From a virus (lineage: Duplodnaviria; Caudoviricetes): 30,958 bases of DNA. This document shows positions 15,057-22,981 of this stretch, piece by piece. How positions within the stretch are numbered: the first letter of the stretch is position 1; each line of letters begins with the position of its first letter. A model generated the notes under the pieces. The model saw only the letters and a program-made list of their open reading frames with translations. It did no database searches and was not told the origin of the DNA. The stretch spans positions 1 through 30,958 of IMG/VR virus record IMGVR_UViG_3300044724_003511. One strand, written 5' to 3'. The position numbers and the translations under genes were made by a program.

Positions 15057-15104
15057 AAAGCTAAGTTAGGATTCTTACGCGAAGCAACAGAAAAGACAAA
15101 ATCC
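15057..15104 (+). ncRNA. pseudoknot repeat element, copy 5 (tandem with copy 4, 59-nt period)
   Basis: AAA-GC-TAAG-TT-a-GGA-TT-CTTA-c-GC-...-CAAAA-TCC. Confidence 0.72.
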
Positions 15105-15108
15105 ATCA

Positions 15109-15173
15109 TCAGTAACCGCCTTCTATCAGGCTACCGTTTGGACTACAAAACGGAAAATACGCAATGTTACTGA
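15109..15173 (+). ncRNA. putative multi-branch RNA element
   Basis: TCAGTAAC/GTTACTGA closing stem enclosing GCCT/AGGC and CCGTTT/AAACGG hairpins. Confidence 0.45.
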
Positions 15174-15176
15174 CCT

Positions 15177-15209
15177 AACCCCATTGAGCTACGCTTGGTG
15201 GGGTTTTTT
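15177..15209 (+). terminator. intrinsic terminator
   Basis: AACCCCATTGAGC-TAC-GCTTGGTGGGGTT plus T-run. Confidence 0.85.
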
Positions 15210-15218
15210 AATACAACG

Positions 15219-15708
15219 ACGCCGTAGCAAACCCTTTGTTATGCCTAATGGGTAACAAAGGAGGTCTACTATGACAAACTCAACTTTAATTAATAACTTT
15301 ATGAACCGCAGTATTGGTTGGGATTACGTGATGGAAGAGTTAGATAAGTTGCATAGCAACAAGTCTAGCAACTTTCCCCCATACAATATTGTTTCTACAG
15401 ATGGTGGTACAGAAATTCAGCTTGCTCTTGCTGGATACAGCAAGGAAGACATTTCTGTGACCTTTCAGGACAGAATTTTGACAATTTCCTCAAGAGGGGT
15501 TGACAAAGAGGACGATGTAAAGTATAATTACAGAGGTGTTGCCAAGCGAGCGTTCACTACGAAGTTCACACTTGGTCAATATCATGAGGTTTTGGATGTC
15601 GCCATGCGTGATGGCATGTTGTACGTTACTATTATGGAAGTGATTCCAGAAGAACGACAGCTCAAGACATTCACTATTAACTAATTTCTTTAGGGTTTGC
15701 TACGGTGT
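15219..15708. repeat. 17-nt inverted repeat bracketing hsp20
   Basis: ACGCCGTAGCAAACCCT 15219-15235 vs AGGGTTTGCTACGGTGT 15692-15708 (one G:U). Confidence 0.85.
15271..15684 (+). CDS. ibpA: small heat shock protein Hsp20/IbpA
   Basis: NFPPYNI, LALAGYSKEDI, YRGVAKRAF, DGMLYV, IPEE motifs. Confidence 0.95.
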   Translation: MTNSTLINNFMNRSIGWDYVMEELDKLHSNKSSNFPPYNIVSTDGGTEIQLALAGYSKEDISVTFQDRILTISSRGVDKEDDVKYNYRGVAKRAFTTKFTLGQYHEVLDVAMRDGMLYVTIMEVIPEERQLKTFTIN

Positions 15709-15712
15709 TTTT

Positions 15713-16153
15713 ATGGTAGAAAACGTTGGTCTTTCAGACGCACTCGCTACTATTATTTCTACGGGATTTATTCTTATACTTATTGCCGGTGGTATTGCCG
15801 GATACATGAACAACAATATCCAGCCTTTTGGAACTCCAGAATTTATTAAAGATCTAAAAGAAGACAAGATTAAGATTGGTTACATCGAAAGTGCGCCACC
15901 ACCCTTGCCAGATGAAATCACTCAGATGAAGAGAGAAATCGAATATCTTAAATTGAAGAAACAGCTAGACGAACTAAAAGCTGAAACTACTGAACCAGCC
16001 GTAGACACTAAACTAATAAACGATTGCATTGAAGCGCTTGTAGCTCTTGGTGACAAGAAATCAGTCGCCCGATCAAAAGCAAATAGATATTTTGTAAACA
16101 ACCCAGAAACCAAAACAGTAGACGAATTTATCTCAGGAGTATTTAAAGTATGA
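15713..16153 (+). CDS. membrane-anchored protein with RuvA C-terminal-like helical domain
   Basis: N-terminal TM, coiled coil, DCIEALVALGDKKSVA resembles RuvA domain III. Confidence 0.6.
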   Translation: MVENVGLSDALATIISTGFILILIAGGIAGYMNNNIQPFGTPEFIKDLKEDKIKIGYIESAPPPLPDEITQMKREIEYLKLKKQLDELKAETTEPAVDTKLINDCIEALVALGDKKSVARSKANRYFVNNPETKTVDEFISGVFKV

Positions 16154-17187
16154 TTAATCTGATGACACCAATCAACCAACTTGGCTATGGAGTGGCTGGA
16201 TTAAATATCCTAAAAGCCTTGCAGAAACAGACCAATGTAGCACTTCACATGATTGGTCAACCGCAAGTAACAACAGAAGAAGATGCAAGCGCTGTCAGGA
16301 GAGGCTTAGAAGTCGCTAAACTCTATGATAAAAATGCGCCATGTGTAAAGATTTGGCATCAGAACCAGATGGCAGAAAGAATTGGCTCTGGCGACTTTTA
16401 TGGATTCCCCATCTTTGAACTAGATACATTTAACGACCTAGAAAAGCACCATCTAAACTCAACTGACGGTCTTATAACCTGCTCAAAATGGGCTAGTGAT
16501 GTCTGTAAGACCAACCTTGGATATAGTAGTAGCATAGCTCCGCTAGGTGTAGATATGAATATTTTTCAGCCAGCTACACCAAGGAATGACGGCAAAATTA
16601 TCTTTTTTAATTGTGGTAAATGGGAAGTTCGCAAGAGTCATGACATTCTAATAGAAGCATTTAGAAAAGTCTCACAAGAATTTCCTAATACAGAATTATG
16701 GATGATGTGCAGCAACCCCTTTAACTCCCCTGAAGAAAATGCAAAATGGTTACAACTCTACAACCATCCCAAAGTAAAAATTATTCCACGGGCTGAGACA
16801 CAAAGGGATGTGTATAATATAATGGCTCAGGTCACATGTGGCGTATTTCCTTCTCGTGGAGAAGGCTGGAATTTAGAACTTCTTGAGATGATGGCTGTTG
16901 GCAAACATGTGATTGCTACAAACTACTCTGCGCATACTGAATTTTGCACTGAAGATAATTGCGGACTTGTACCAATAAGCCACACAGAGCCAGCGTATGA
17001 TGGCAAATGGTTCTTTGGTCAGGGGAACTGGGCGGCAATCAACGCGCTTGAAATTGATATTTTGGTTAGAAATATGAAGAATATTGCATCAAAATATAAC
17101 GGCGAGCGCAACGAAGCTGGCATCGAGACTGCTAAACAATTCACTTGGGAGAAAACAGCCAGTGACATTCTTAAATCTATTCAATAG
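16150..17187 (+). CDS. glycosyltransferase family 4 (GT-B)
   Basis: GKWEVRKSHDILIEAF, FPSRGEGWNLELLEMMAVGKHVIAT motifs. Confidence 0.9.
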   Translation: MINLMTPINQLGYGVAGLNILKALQKQTNVALHMIGQPQVTTEEDASAVRRGLEVAKLYDKNAPCVKIWHQNQMAERIGSGDFYGFPIFELDTFNDLEKHHLNSTDGLITCSKWASDVCKTNLGYSSSIAPLGVDMNIFQPATPRNDGKIIFFNCGKWEVRKSHDILIEAFRKVSQEFPNTELWMMCSNPFNSPEENAKWLQLYNHPKVKIIPRAETQRDVYNIMAQVTCGVFPSRGEGWNLELLEMMAVGKHVIATNYSAHTEFCTEDNCGLVPISHTEPAYDGKWFFGQGNWAAINALEIDILVRNMKNIASKYNGERNEAGIETAKQFTWEKTASDILKSIQ

Positions 17188-17566
17188 AAAAAAACCTGAA
17201 GAAAAACCTTCAGAAGATCTTGAACAAACAAAAGAAACAGAGGATGTAGTTGGCTCTGTCACGTTCTATGTAAGAGAATCAAAAGATGATATCTTTTTAG
17301 ATCTACATATATCTAACTACGAAGATGAAACTTTAGAAAAATTCGCCAAAATACTAGCTGGTTTAGCCTCTATAAAAATGCAGTTAGAAACTATAAATAT
17401 GCTAAAAGGGTGTTTTGAGGATGATGAAGTTGAAGTTTTTGAAAAAATCATAGGACATGTAATAACTGAGACGCAGAAAGACGCAGAACAATTAGAAAAA
17501 ATAAACAAGGAGAACAAAAAGGGGGACGACCAACCGTGGATTAAACCATCAGAAATTGTCGAATAA
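17162..17566 (+). CDS. hypothetical protein
   Basis: Probable GTG start at 17162 (RBS GGGAG) inside track ORF 17084..17566. Confidence 0.7.
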   Translation: MTFLNLFNRKKPEEKPSEDLEQTKETEDVVGSVTFYVRESKDDIFLDLHISNYEDETLEKFAKILAGLASIKMQLETINMLKGCFEDDEVEVFEKIIGHVITETQKDAEQLEKINKENKKGDDQPWIKPSEIVE

Positions 17567-17581
17567 TATGGGAGACATACC

Positions 17582-18019
17582 ATGAAAAAAACCCTAAAAA
17601 TAGGCTGGCAGAAGTACGAGGATGTAATTGAATCTCAACTAAATTCACCAATCATCGACCAGCTTTATGCCGCTATGATGAAAAAGCATAATCAATATCG
17701 CGATATTGATTTAGAGGGATTGCAAGAAGAAGGTATCAACCCTGAAGATTTAGAGGCGCTAATGGAAGAAGGGGCAGCTCCTTCGATTAGTCTTGATGAA
17801 AACTTAGCTGGTGAAATTAATCTAGCAACTAATTTTGATTGCTGGATTGGTCACACAAATTTTAATATTACACTTGACATTAAGGATGAGCTTGATAAAA
17901 TAGAAGGAGTAGAACTGTTAAAAGTATTTAGTAGATATAGATTTCTGGTAGGAGTTGGGCGCATGTTTGACTTTCCAGATGTAAGAAAAAGAATAGAAGA
18001 ACTTTGTAAACCCCAATAA
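17582..18019 (+). CDS. conserved hypothetical phage protein
   Basis: WIGHTNFNIT...IEGVELL...SRYRFLVGVGRMF; RBS GGGAG. Confidence 0.8.
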   Translation: MKKTLKIGWQKYEDVIESQLNSPIIDQLYAAMMKKHNQYRDIDLEGLQEEGINPEDLEALMEEGAAPSISLDENLAGEINLATNFDCWIGHTNFNITLDIKDELDKIEGVELLKVFSRYRFLVGVGRMFDFPDVRKRIEELCKPQ

Positions 18020-18030
18020 GGAATTTAAGT

Positions 18031-18546
18031 ATGAATATTGAGTTAACTAACGTATTGAATGAAATTACTAACGAAGCAGCCATGAAAAATCTTACCAAAG
18101 AAGATATAGAAAAAGTGTCGGTTCGAGCGGCTGGTAGCTTCGTTGGGGTCTTATCTTTTGAAGAGATTGAGTCATGTATTTTAAATGCTTTTTGGAAGGC
18201 TTGCGATAAATACGATACAGACAAAAACTGTAAATTCACAACCTATTTTTATAAAGGTGTAATCATGGAGTGCCTTAGTCAGAAGAAATTTAATCAGAAT
18301 AAAGCACCTGTAAGAATTTATGAAGGTATCGTATCCTATAATAATAACTCTGTTGACGAAGTTGATATGCTCGACGAAATCAACTCCATTTGCGATGACC
18401 CCCAACTTGTTTACGACAGATTTTATAAGAACATGTCTATTAAAGAAATCGCCACCAACTTGGGGGTATGCAGCGAGACTGTAAGGGTTAGAATTAAGAA
18501 AAATCTCAAGAAATTAAAGAAGAATATGACTGCTTTTAGTGTATAA
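18031..18546 (+). CDS. phage RNA polymerase sigma factor (sigma70/ECF-like)
   Basis: Region-2-like AFWKACDKYD..KFTTYFY and region-4 HTH MSIKEIATNLGVCSETVRVRI. Confidence 0.85.
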   Translation: MNIELTNVLNEITNEAAMKNLTKEDIEKVSVRAAGSFVGVLSFEEIESCILNAFWKACDKYDTDKNCKFTTYFYKGVIMECLSQKKFNQNKAPVRIYEGIVSYNNNSVDEVDMLDEINSICDDPQLVYDRFYKNMSIKEIATNLGVCSETVRVRIKKNLKKLKKNMTAFSV

Positions 18547-18620
18547 TAGAGTAGGACACAGGAATTTTTTAAGGATTTGGAAACAAACTTTTAATGTTTC
18601 CCTGTATTTGGAGATTTATT

Positions 18621-19298
18621 ATGCCTGTTAGATCAACAACTGGTTCAGACGGCGATTACGCCGCTGGAAAATCTGCCGCTAGTGGCGTGCAGAACGGCGG
18701 TACTGTTATTAATGCTGGTAGCAACGCTGCCGGAATTATGACCCGAAACCTTGCTTTGACTGAAATTGCTGATAATTTTGGTGGAGTAATTGGTTCTAAA
18801 GTTTTAGAAAATGATGGCACTGGAAGTCAATATAGCGACCGTGTTGGCGTTGCAAAAGCTGTTAGCGGTGGAACTCTAGCCTACAATGCACCCGCAGATA
18901 AGTGGGTAATTAGAGGTGTTTCAACAACTATTGGTGGTGTTAGCAATGACGTACTCCTTAGCAAAGGTACTAAAGGCGCTGGTCACATGGACTACGCTTC
19001 CAGCGGTACTTTAAATGGTGGAGTTGTTGCCAACAGAAAAATCGGTACTACTCCGACAATCGACCTATTGGCTGCACCTGCGTCTGGCCTCAACTCGTTC
19101 TTCACGAAGGGTGCTGGCGCTGGTAATGTTAACACGTTCATCAACCCAGCCGATGGAACCACTGCTGTTTCTTCGGAGATTTTCCCAACTCGCGCAGTTC
19201 CGGGCGAGCTTACCTACAATTTTGGTGCTGCAAACCCAACAACAGACGAGTACAAAGCGAAAGATTCTTACGAAGACGCATCTGATACATCATCGTAA
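18621..19298 (+). CDS. Gly/Ala/Ser-rich protein, probably virion structural
   Basis: ATG at 18621 after GGAG; low-complexity composition; own terminator. Confidence 0.7.
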   Translation: MPVRSTTGSDGDYAAGKSAASGVQNGGTVINAGSNAAGIMTRNLALTEIADNFGGVIGSKVLENDGTGSQYSDRVGVAKAVSGGTLAYNAPADKWVIRGVSTTIGGVSNDVLLSKGTKGAGHMDYASSGTLNGGVVANRKIGTTPTIDLLAAPASGLNSFFTKGAGAGNVNTFINPADGTTAVSSEIFPTRAVPGELTYNFGAANPTTDEYKAKDSYEDASDTSS

Positions 19299-19319
19299 TC
19301 TTTCCTATTGATAAGTTAA

Positions 19320-19347
19320 CCTAACCCCTTCGGGGGTTAGGCTTTTT
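19320..19347 (+). terminator. intrinsic terminator
   Basis: CCTAACCCC-TTCG-GGGGTTAGG plus T-run. Confidence 0.88.
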
Positions 19348-19370
19348 AACCTTTCATTTGGAGAAATGCA

Positions 19371-19991
19371 ATGATCTCAGCAGAAGAAGTGGTGAAGTGG
19401 GGTACTAGCCTTATTGGTGGTGGTGGCGCACTAATCTCTTTCATTCTGTTTCTAAGGAAAACATTTAAAGCTGTAGATCTTTTCACAAAAGAACAGGAAA
19501 TAATCAAAAAAGCAGTAACAGATATTAAAGCAGAAGTAACCCATAATGGCGGCAAATCTATCAAAGATGTAGTAACCGGACTTAAATTAACGGCGGAAAG
19601 AATAGAAACTAGACAAAAGATATTAGATCAGCGTTCAAAAGCCGCACTCCACTATAACCAAAGAGCTTTATTCGAGGTTGAAAAATCTGGAAGAATCACT
19701 TGGGTTAATGAAGAGTTTCAAAAATTAACTAGAGAAAATGGAGAGCTTGAAGGATACGATTGGTTTTCCATAGTTCATGAGGATCATAGAGAAGGTTTTA
19801 TAAAAGAAGTAAGATCTTGCTTACGGATGTGCAGGAAAATTGATATAGAGACTGTCTCTGTTAAAGGAAGAGGCATACATTTCGCTGGCTATCCATATAA
19901 GATTGGAGCCTGTGAACATGAGGGATTTCTTATACACGTTTTCTGCCAGAATAACTGCGCAGGCTTATTAAAGGAGAAAAATGATGAATGA
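19371..19991 (+). CDS. N-terminal TM + PAS-domain protein
   Basis: ALFEVEKSGRITWVNEEFQKLT...GYDWFSIVHEDHRE PAS signature. Confidence 0.75.
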   Translation: MISAEEVVKWGTSLIGGGGALISFILFLRKTFKAVDLFTKEQEIIKKAVTDIKAEVTHNGGKSIKDVVTGLKLTAERIETRQKILDQRSKAALHYNQRALFEVEKSGRITWVNEEFQKLTRENGELEGYDWFSIVHEDHREGFIKEVRSCLRMCRKIDIETVSVKGRGIHFAGYPYKIGACEHEGFLIHVFCQNNCAGLLKEKNDE

Positions 19992-20196
19992 AGGTTCACC
20001 AAGTTTTAAACTTAACGTAGATGATGTTGTTGGCGTTGTAAAAAATGCAGCACTTGTTGGTGGCGCAGCGGCATTAACAGTTGTTGCACAAAATTTACAA
20101 GTTATTGATTTTGGTTTGTACGGGCCTCTTTTTGTGCCTGTGCTTGCAGTTGGTCTTGACACCGTTATTAAGTGGATGAAGAACAACGCTAAATAA
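19981..20196 (+). CDS. small membrane protein, holin-like
   Basis: Two hydrophobic segments, basic C-terminus, upstream of a peptidase. Confidence 0.5.
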   Translation: MMNEGSPSFKLNVDDVVGVVKNAALVGGAAALTVVAQNLQVIDFGLYGPLFVPVLAVGLDTVIKWMKNNAK

Positions 20197-20211
20197 AGAA
20201 TCGAGGATGAC

Positions 20212-21138
20212 ATGATTGATTTTAATTCGCCACGCGAATTGCTTAACGCATATCGCAACGGTTTTGCCGGTGGCTTCTGTGAACCGGAAGAAACAGCAGA
20301 ATTACTTGGTCAGTTAAAATCTCCCTTGTTTGGCGCTGCTGCGCACAAGTTATTTGGGGCGGGAGAGGGCAAGCTCTCTCTCCCCTTCAAATCTCTTCTT
20401 AAATTTGATCCGTCTTTTGGCCCTTCTGAGCGACAGACTACAGGAGATTGTGTGTCTCACGCTACACGAAACGCTGTAGATATAACAAGGGCGGTTGAGA
20501 TTGATATAAAGGGAGAATCAGAATCTTTTGAGGCTCGTGGAGCTACGGAATGTATCTATCAAAGTCGCGGCCATAAGAGACAGGGGATGACCTGCTCTGG
20601 AGCCGCAAAATACGTGCATGAGCATGGAGGTATTATCCTTAGAAAAGATTATGGTATAGTAGACTTGTCTAAATATAATTCCGAACTTGGAACAAGACAT
20701 AAAGTACCATTTGATGTTTATGTTAGAGAAGCCAGAAAACATCAAGTTAAAACCATATCTCTTATCAAAACCGTAGAAGAAGCTAGAGACGCTCTAGCAA
20801 ATGGCTATGCCATATCTGTATGTTCTGGATATGGATTTTCTTCACGAAGAGATAGTAAGGGTATAGCCTCTAAAAAGGGTGGCTGGAGTCACGCTATGGC
20901 TTGGATAGCCTGTGACGACACAAGAGAAAGGCACAACGAAACCTTATTTTTAGTTCAAAACTCTTGGGGTAAGTGGAACTCAGGCCCAAGGGTTTATGAC
21001 CAACCGGAAGGCAGCTTTTGGATTAGAGAAAAAGATGCCAAAGGTATGTTAGCATCAAATGGGTCTTGGGTTTTCAGTAATGTAGATGGTTTTCCAGCAA
21101 GAGATTTACCAAACTATGGAACAACTACCTTTTTATAA
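20212..21138 (+). CDS. papain-like C1 cysteine peptidase
   Basis: QTTGDCVSHA (Gln/Cys), SHAMAW (His), QNSWG (Asn) catalytic motifs. Confidence 0.88.
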   Translation: MIDFNSPRELLNAYRNGFAGGFCEPEETAELLGQLKSPLFGAAAHKLFGAGEGKLSLPFKSLLKFDPSFGPSERQTTGDCVSHATRNAVDITRAVEIDIKGESESFEARGATECIYQSRGHKRQGMTCSGAAKYVHEHGGIILRKDYGIVDLSKYNSELGTRHKVPFDVYVREARKHQVKTISLIKTVEEARDALANGYAISVCSGYGFSSRRDSKGIASKKGGWSHAMAWIACDDTRERHNETLFLVQNSWGKWNSGPRVYDQPEGSFWIREKDAKGMLASNGSWVFSNVDGFPARDLPNYGTTTFL

Positions 21139-21150
21139 GATAGGAACCAG

Positions 21151-21564
21151 ATGAAAAAGTTGTCAATAATATTAGCAATCCTATTAACGACCGGTTGCAC
21201 ACAAGAAAGTAATAAATCAGAAGGTAACCCAGAGTATCGCGCATATATAGCCACGAGGATGGCTCAGTCTATATTAGAGTACCAAAAAGAATCAGACGAA
21301 CAAATTGTAGAAGAGTTATGCGATGGCTCTGGTTGGATAACTCAGGGTGATGGACATAGAACAGAATGTCCCGGATGCGCAGCGTGTGAAAGCAAGGGTC
21401 AAGAACCAGAAATTGAATGGTCTGACGAATCTATACAAGTCAATGAAATATTAGAAGAGTTTAAGATTCCAATTCAAACAGAACCAGAACCAGACATAAT
21501 TAAAACTGAAGTAGAAGTGAAGACTAACCGGGAAGGGCCAGTTCGTAGATTATTTAGTAAGTAA
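21151..21564 (+). CDS. lipoprotein with Cys-rich motif
   Basis: Lipobox LTTGC; CDGSGWITQGDGHRTECPGC. Confidence 0.75.
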   Translation: MKKLSIILAILLTTGCTQESNKSEGNPEYRAYIATRMAQSILEYQKESDEQIVEELCDGSGWITQGDGHRTECPGCAACESKGQEPEIEWSDESIQVNEILEEFKIPIQTEPEPDIIKTEVEVKTNREGPVRRLFSK

Positions 21565-21588
21565 ACACAATATTCTAAGGTAAGCACC

Positions 21589-21921
21589 ATGAGTGATTTA
21601 AACACTGTCGCAAACCGAGTAGGCGCACATGTATCCGCTAAAGAAGGTTCTTATAGTATTGACCCCTTAACTATATCCATAATTATAACTATCATTACTA
21701 ATCTCATTAAACTGTGGTGGTCATGCAGAAGTGAAAAGAAGGTTCGATCAGAACTACAAAACCCCTCTTGGCTATTTAGATTATTTCTAAAAAGAGAAAT
21801 TAGAAAACACTCAAAAGGAAAACAAAGAGAAATTCTTTTTGGCGCATTTATGGATGTTGCCCCAACACTATCCGAGAAGGAAATTAATAACATTTTAAAA
21901 GAGATAGGAGAGACTGAATGA
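21589..21921 (+). CDS. hypothetical protein with hydrophobic segment
   Basis: IDPLTISIIITIITNLIKLW. Confidence 0.75.
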   Translation: MSDLNTVANRVGAHVSAKEGSYSIDPLTISIIITIITNLIKLWWSCRSEKKVRSELQNPSWLFRLFLKREIRKHSKGKQREILFGAFMDVAPTLSEKEINNILKEIGETE

Positions 21922-22202
21922 ATACATTTCAATGGGTCATGATTGGGTTTGCAGTTTTACTGGTTGCACCAATCCTGTTAAATAAAGTAAAGGCGTTAAT
22001 TCCAGAGCGTAAACCTATTGAGCTTCCTCCGCCAGTTCCGCAACCAAACCTATTAGACCATGACCACACCGACCTAGTTGATGTTGTCGAGTGTTGGCAA
22101 CATCTAATTGAATGTTGTAAGGTAAACGGGATGAAAGAAGCCGCAGATGAAATTTATAAAGTATTTCCGTTATTTGCCAATAAAGGAGTAGACAATGAGT
22201 GA
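21918..22202 (+). CDS. membrane-anchored hypothetical protein
   Basis: N-terminal TM, Pro-rich linker. Confidence 0.75.
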   Translation: MNTFQWVMIGFAVLLVAPILLNKVKALIPERKPIELPPPVPQPNLLDHDHTDLVDVVECWQHLIECCKVNGMKEAADEIYKVFPLFANKGVDNE

Positions 22203-22659
22203 TTCATTAAGGATTATCTTGGCGCTATGTCTCGTTGTTGGTGCCTTATTTGGCGAAAAAGCTATCGAGGCTGTAAAAAATAACATAGAGATTGTAAATG
22301 ATCCGGTTGTTAGTGTAGATGAACCATCCTTAGAATTTAAAGAGTTAGTAAGGCCGATTACAAACTTAGATATATCGACCGACGATGCGAACATGCTAAC
22401 AGCATTTTATTTAGAAATGGCAGATGTGATTGATGAAGATAATGGTATAATTGAATCTACAGAAGAGTTCAGAAACTTTAATATGATGGCTGGTATGCTC
22501 CACTTTAACACTTCACTAAAAGATAAATATGAAACTTTAGGTGAAGACATTGATGGGGCTATAGTAGCAGCTATTGGTAAACAAAGCGTCAGTTTGGAAT
22601 CAAAACGAGAAGACCTCGTGTCTATCCTAGAAGCTATCGCTTGGAGTGTTAATAAATGA
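22195..22659 (+). CDS. exported or membrane-anchored hypothetical protein
   Basis: N-terminal hydrophobic segment; RBS AAGGAG. Confidence 0.75.
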   Translation: MSDSLRIILALCLVVGALFGEKAIEAVKNNIEIVNDPVVSVDEPSLEFKELVRPITNLDISTDDANMLTAFYLEMADVIDEDNGIIESTEEFRNFNMMAGMLHFNTSLKDKYETLGEDIDGAIVAAIGKQSVSLESKREDLVSILEAIAWSVNK

Positions 22660-22835
22660 TCTTAGAAAAAATCGTAGATATACTGACTAAAAAGTATGAT
22701 ATCAAAAAAGAAGATGTCGAAAAGGTTAAGAAGATTTTAGATAAGATCAAATTTACTAAGAGAGATGGCAAAGATGTAATGGTTATTGATATCGGTGAAG
22801 GTATTGAATTGACCATTGTTCAAAAAGAAAAATAA
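22656..22835 (+). CDS. small Lys/Ile-rich protein (59 aa)
   Basis: ATGA overlap with the upstream stop; open frame MILEKIVDIL...QKEK*. Confidence 0.65.
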   Translation: MILEKIVDILTKKYDIKKEDVEKVKKILDKIKFTKRDGKDVMVIDIGEGIELTIVQKEK

Positions 22836-22847
22836 TAGTCTATCACA

Positions 22848-22894
22848 CCCGCCACACCTCTGTTCTACATGTGCATCTTTGGCGGGTTTTTTTT
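22848..22894 (+). terminator. intrinsic terminator
   Basis: CCCGCCA/TGGCGGG stem plus T8. Confidence 0.7.
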
Positions 22895-22903
22895 GTTTTA
22901 AGG

Positions 22904-22932
22904 TTGACAAACGGCAGATTAGAAGCTATAAT
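22904..22932 (+). promoter_or_regulatory. sigma70-type promoter of the nrdAB operon
   Basis: TTGACA-17nt-TATAAT. Confidence 0.85.
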
Positions 22933-22981
22933 AACTATAACGCTGAATGTCTAACATCATTGAAAATAGGAACACATATCC

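Noticed and set aside
14998-15104. Mini CRISPR array (TAAGTTAGGATTCTTA repeated twice)
   Set aside because: There are only two units, the supposed spacers contain conserved positions and a second conserved block (CAAAATCC), and other copies change the repeat with compensatory pairing. A structured RNA motif explains this better.
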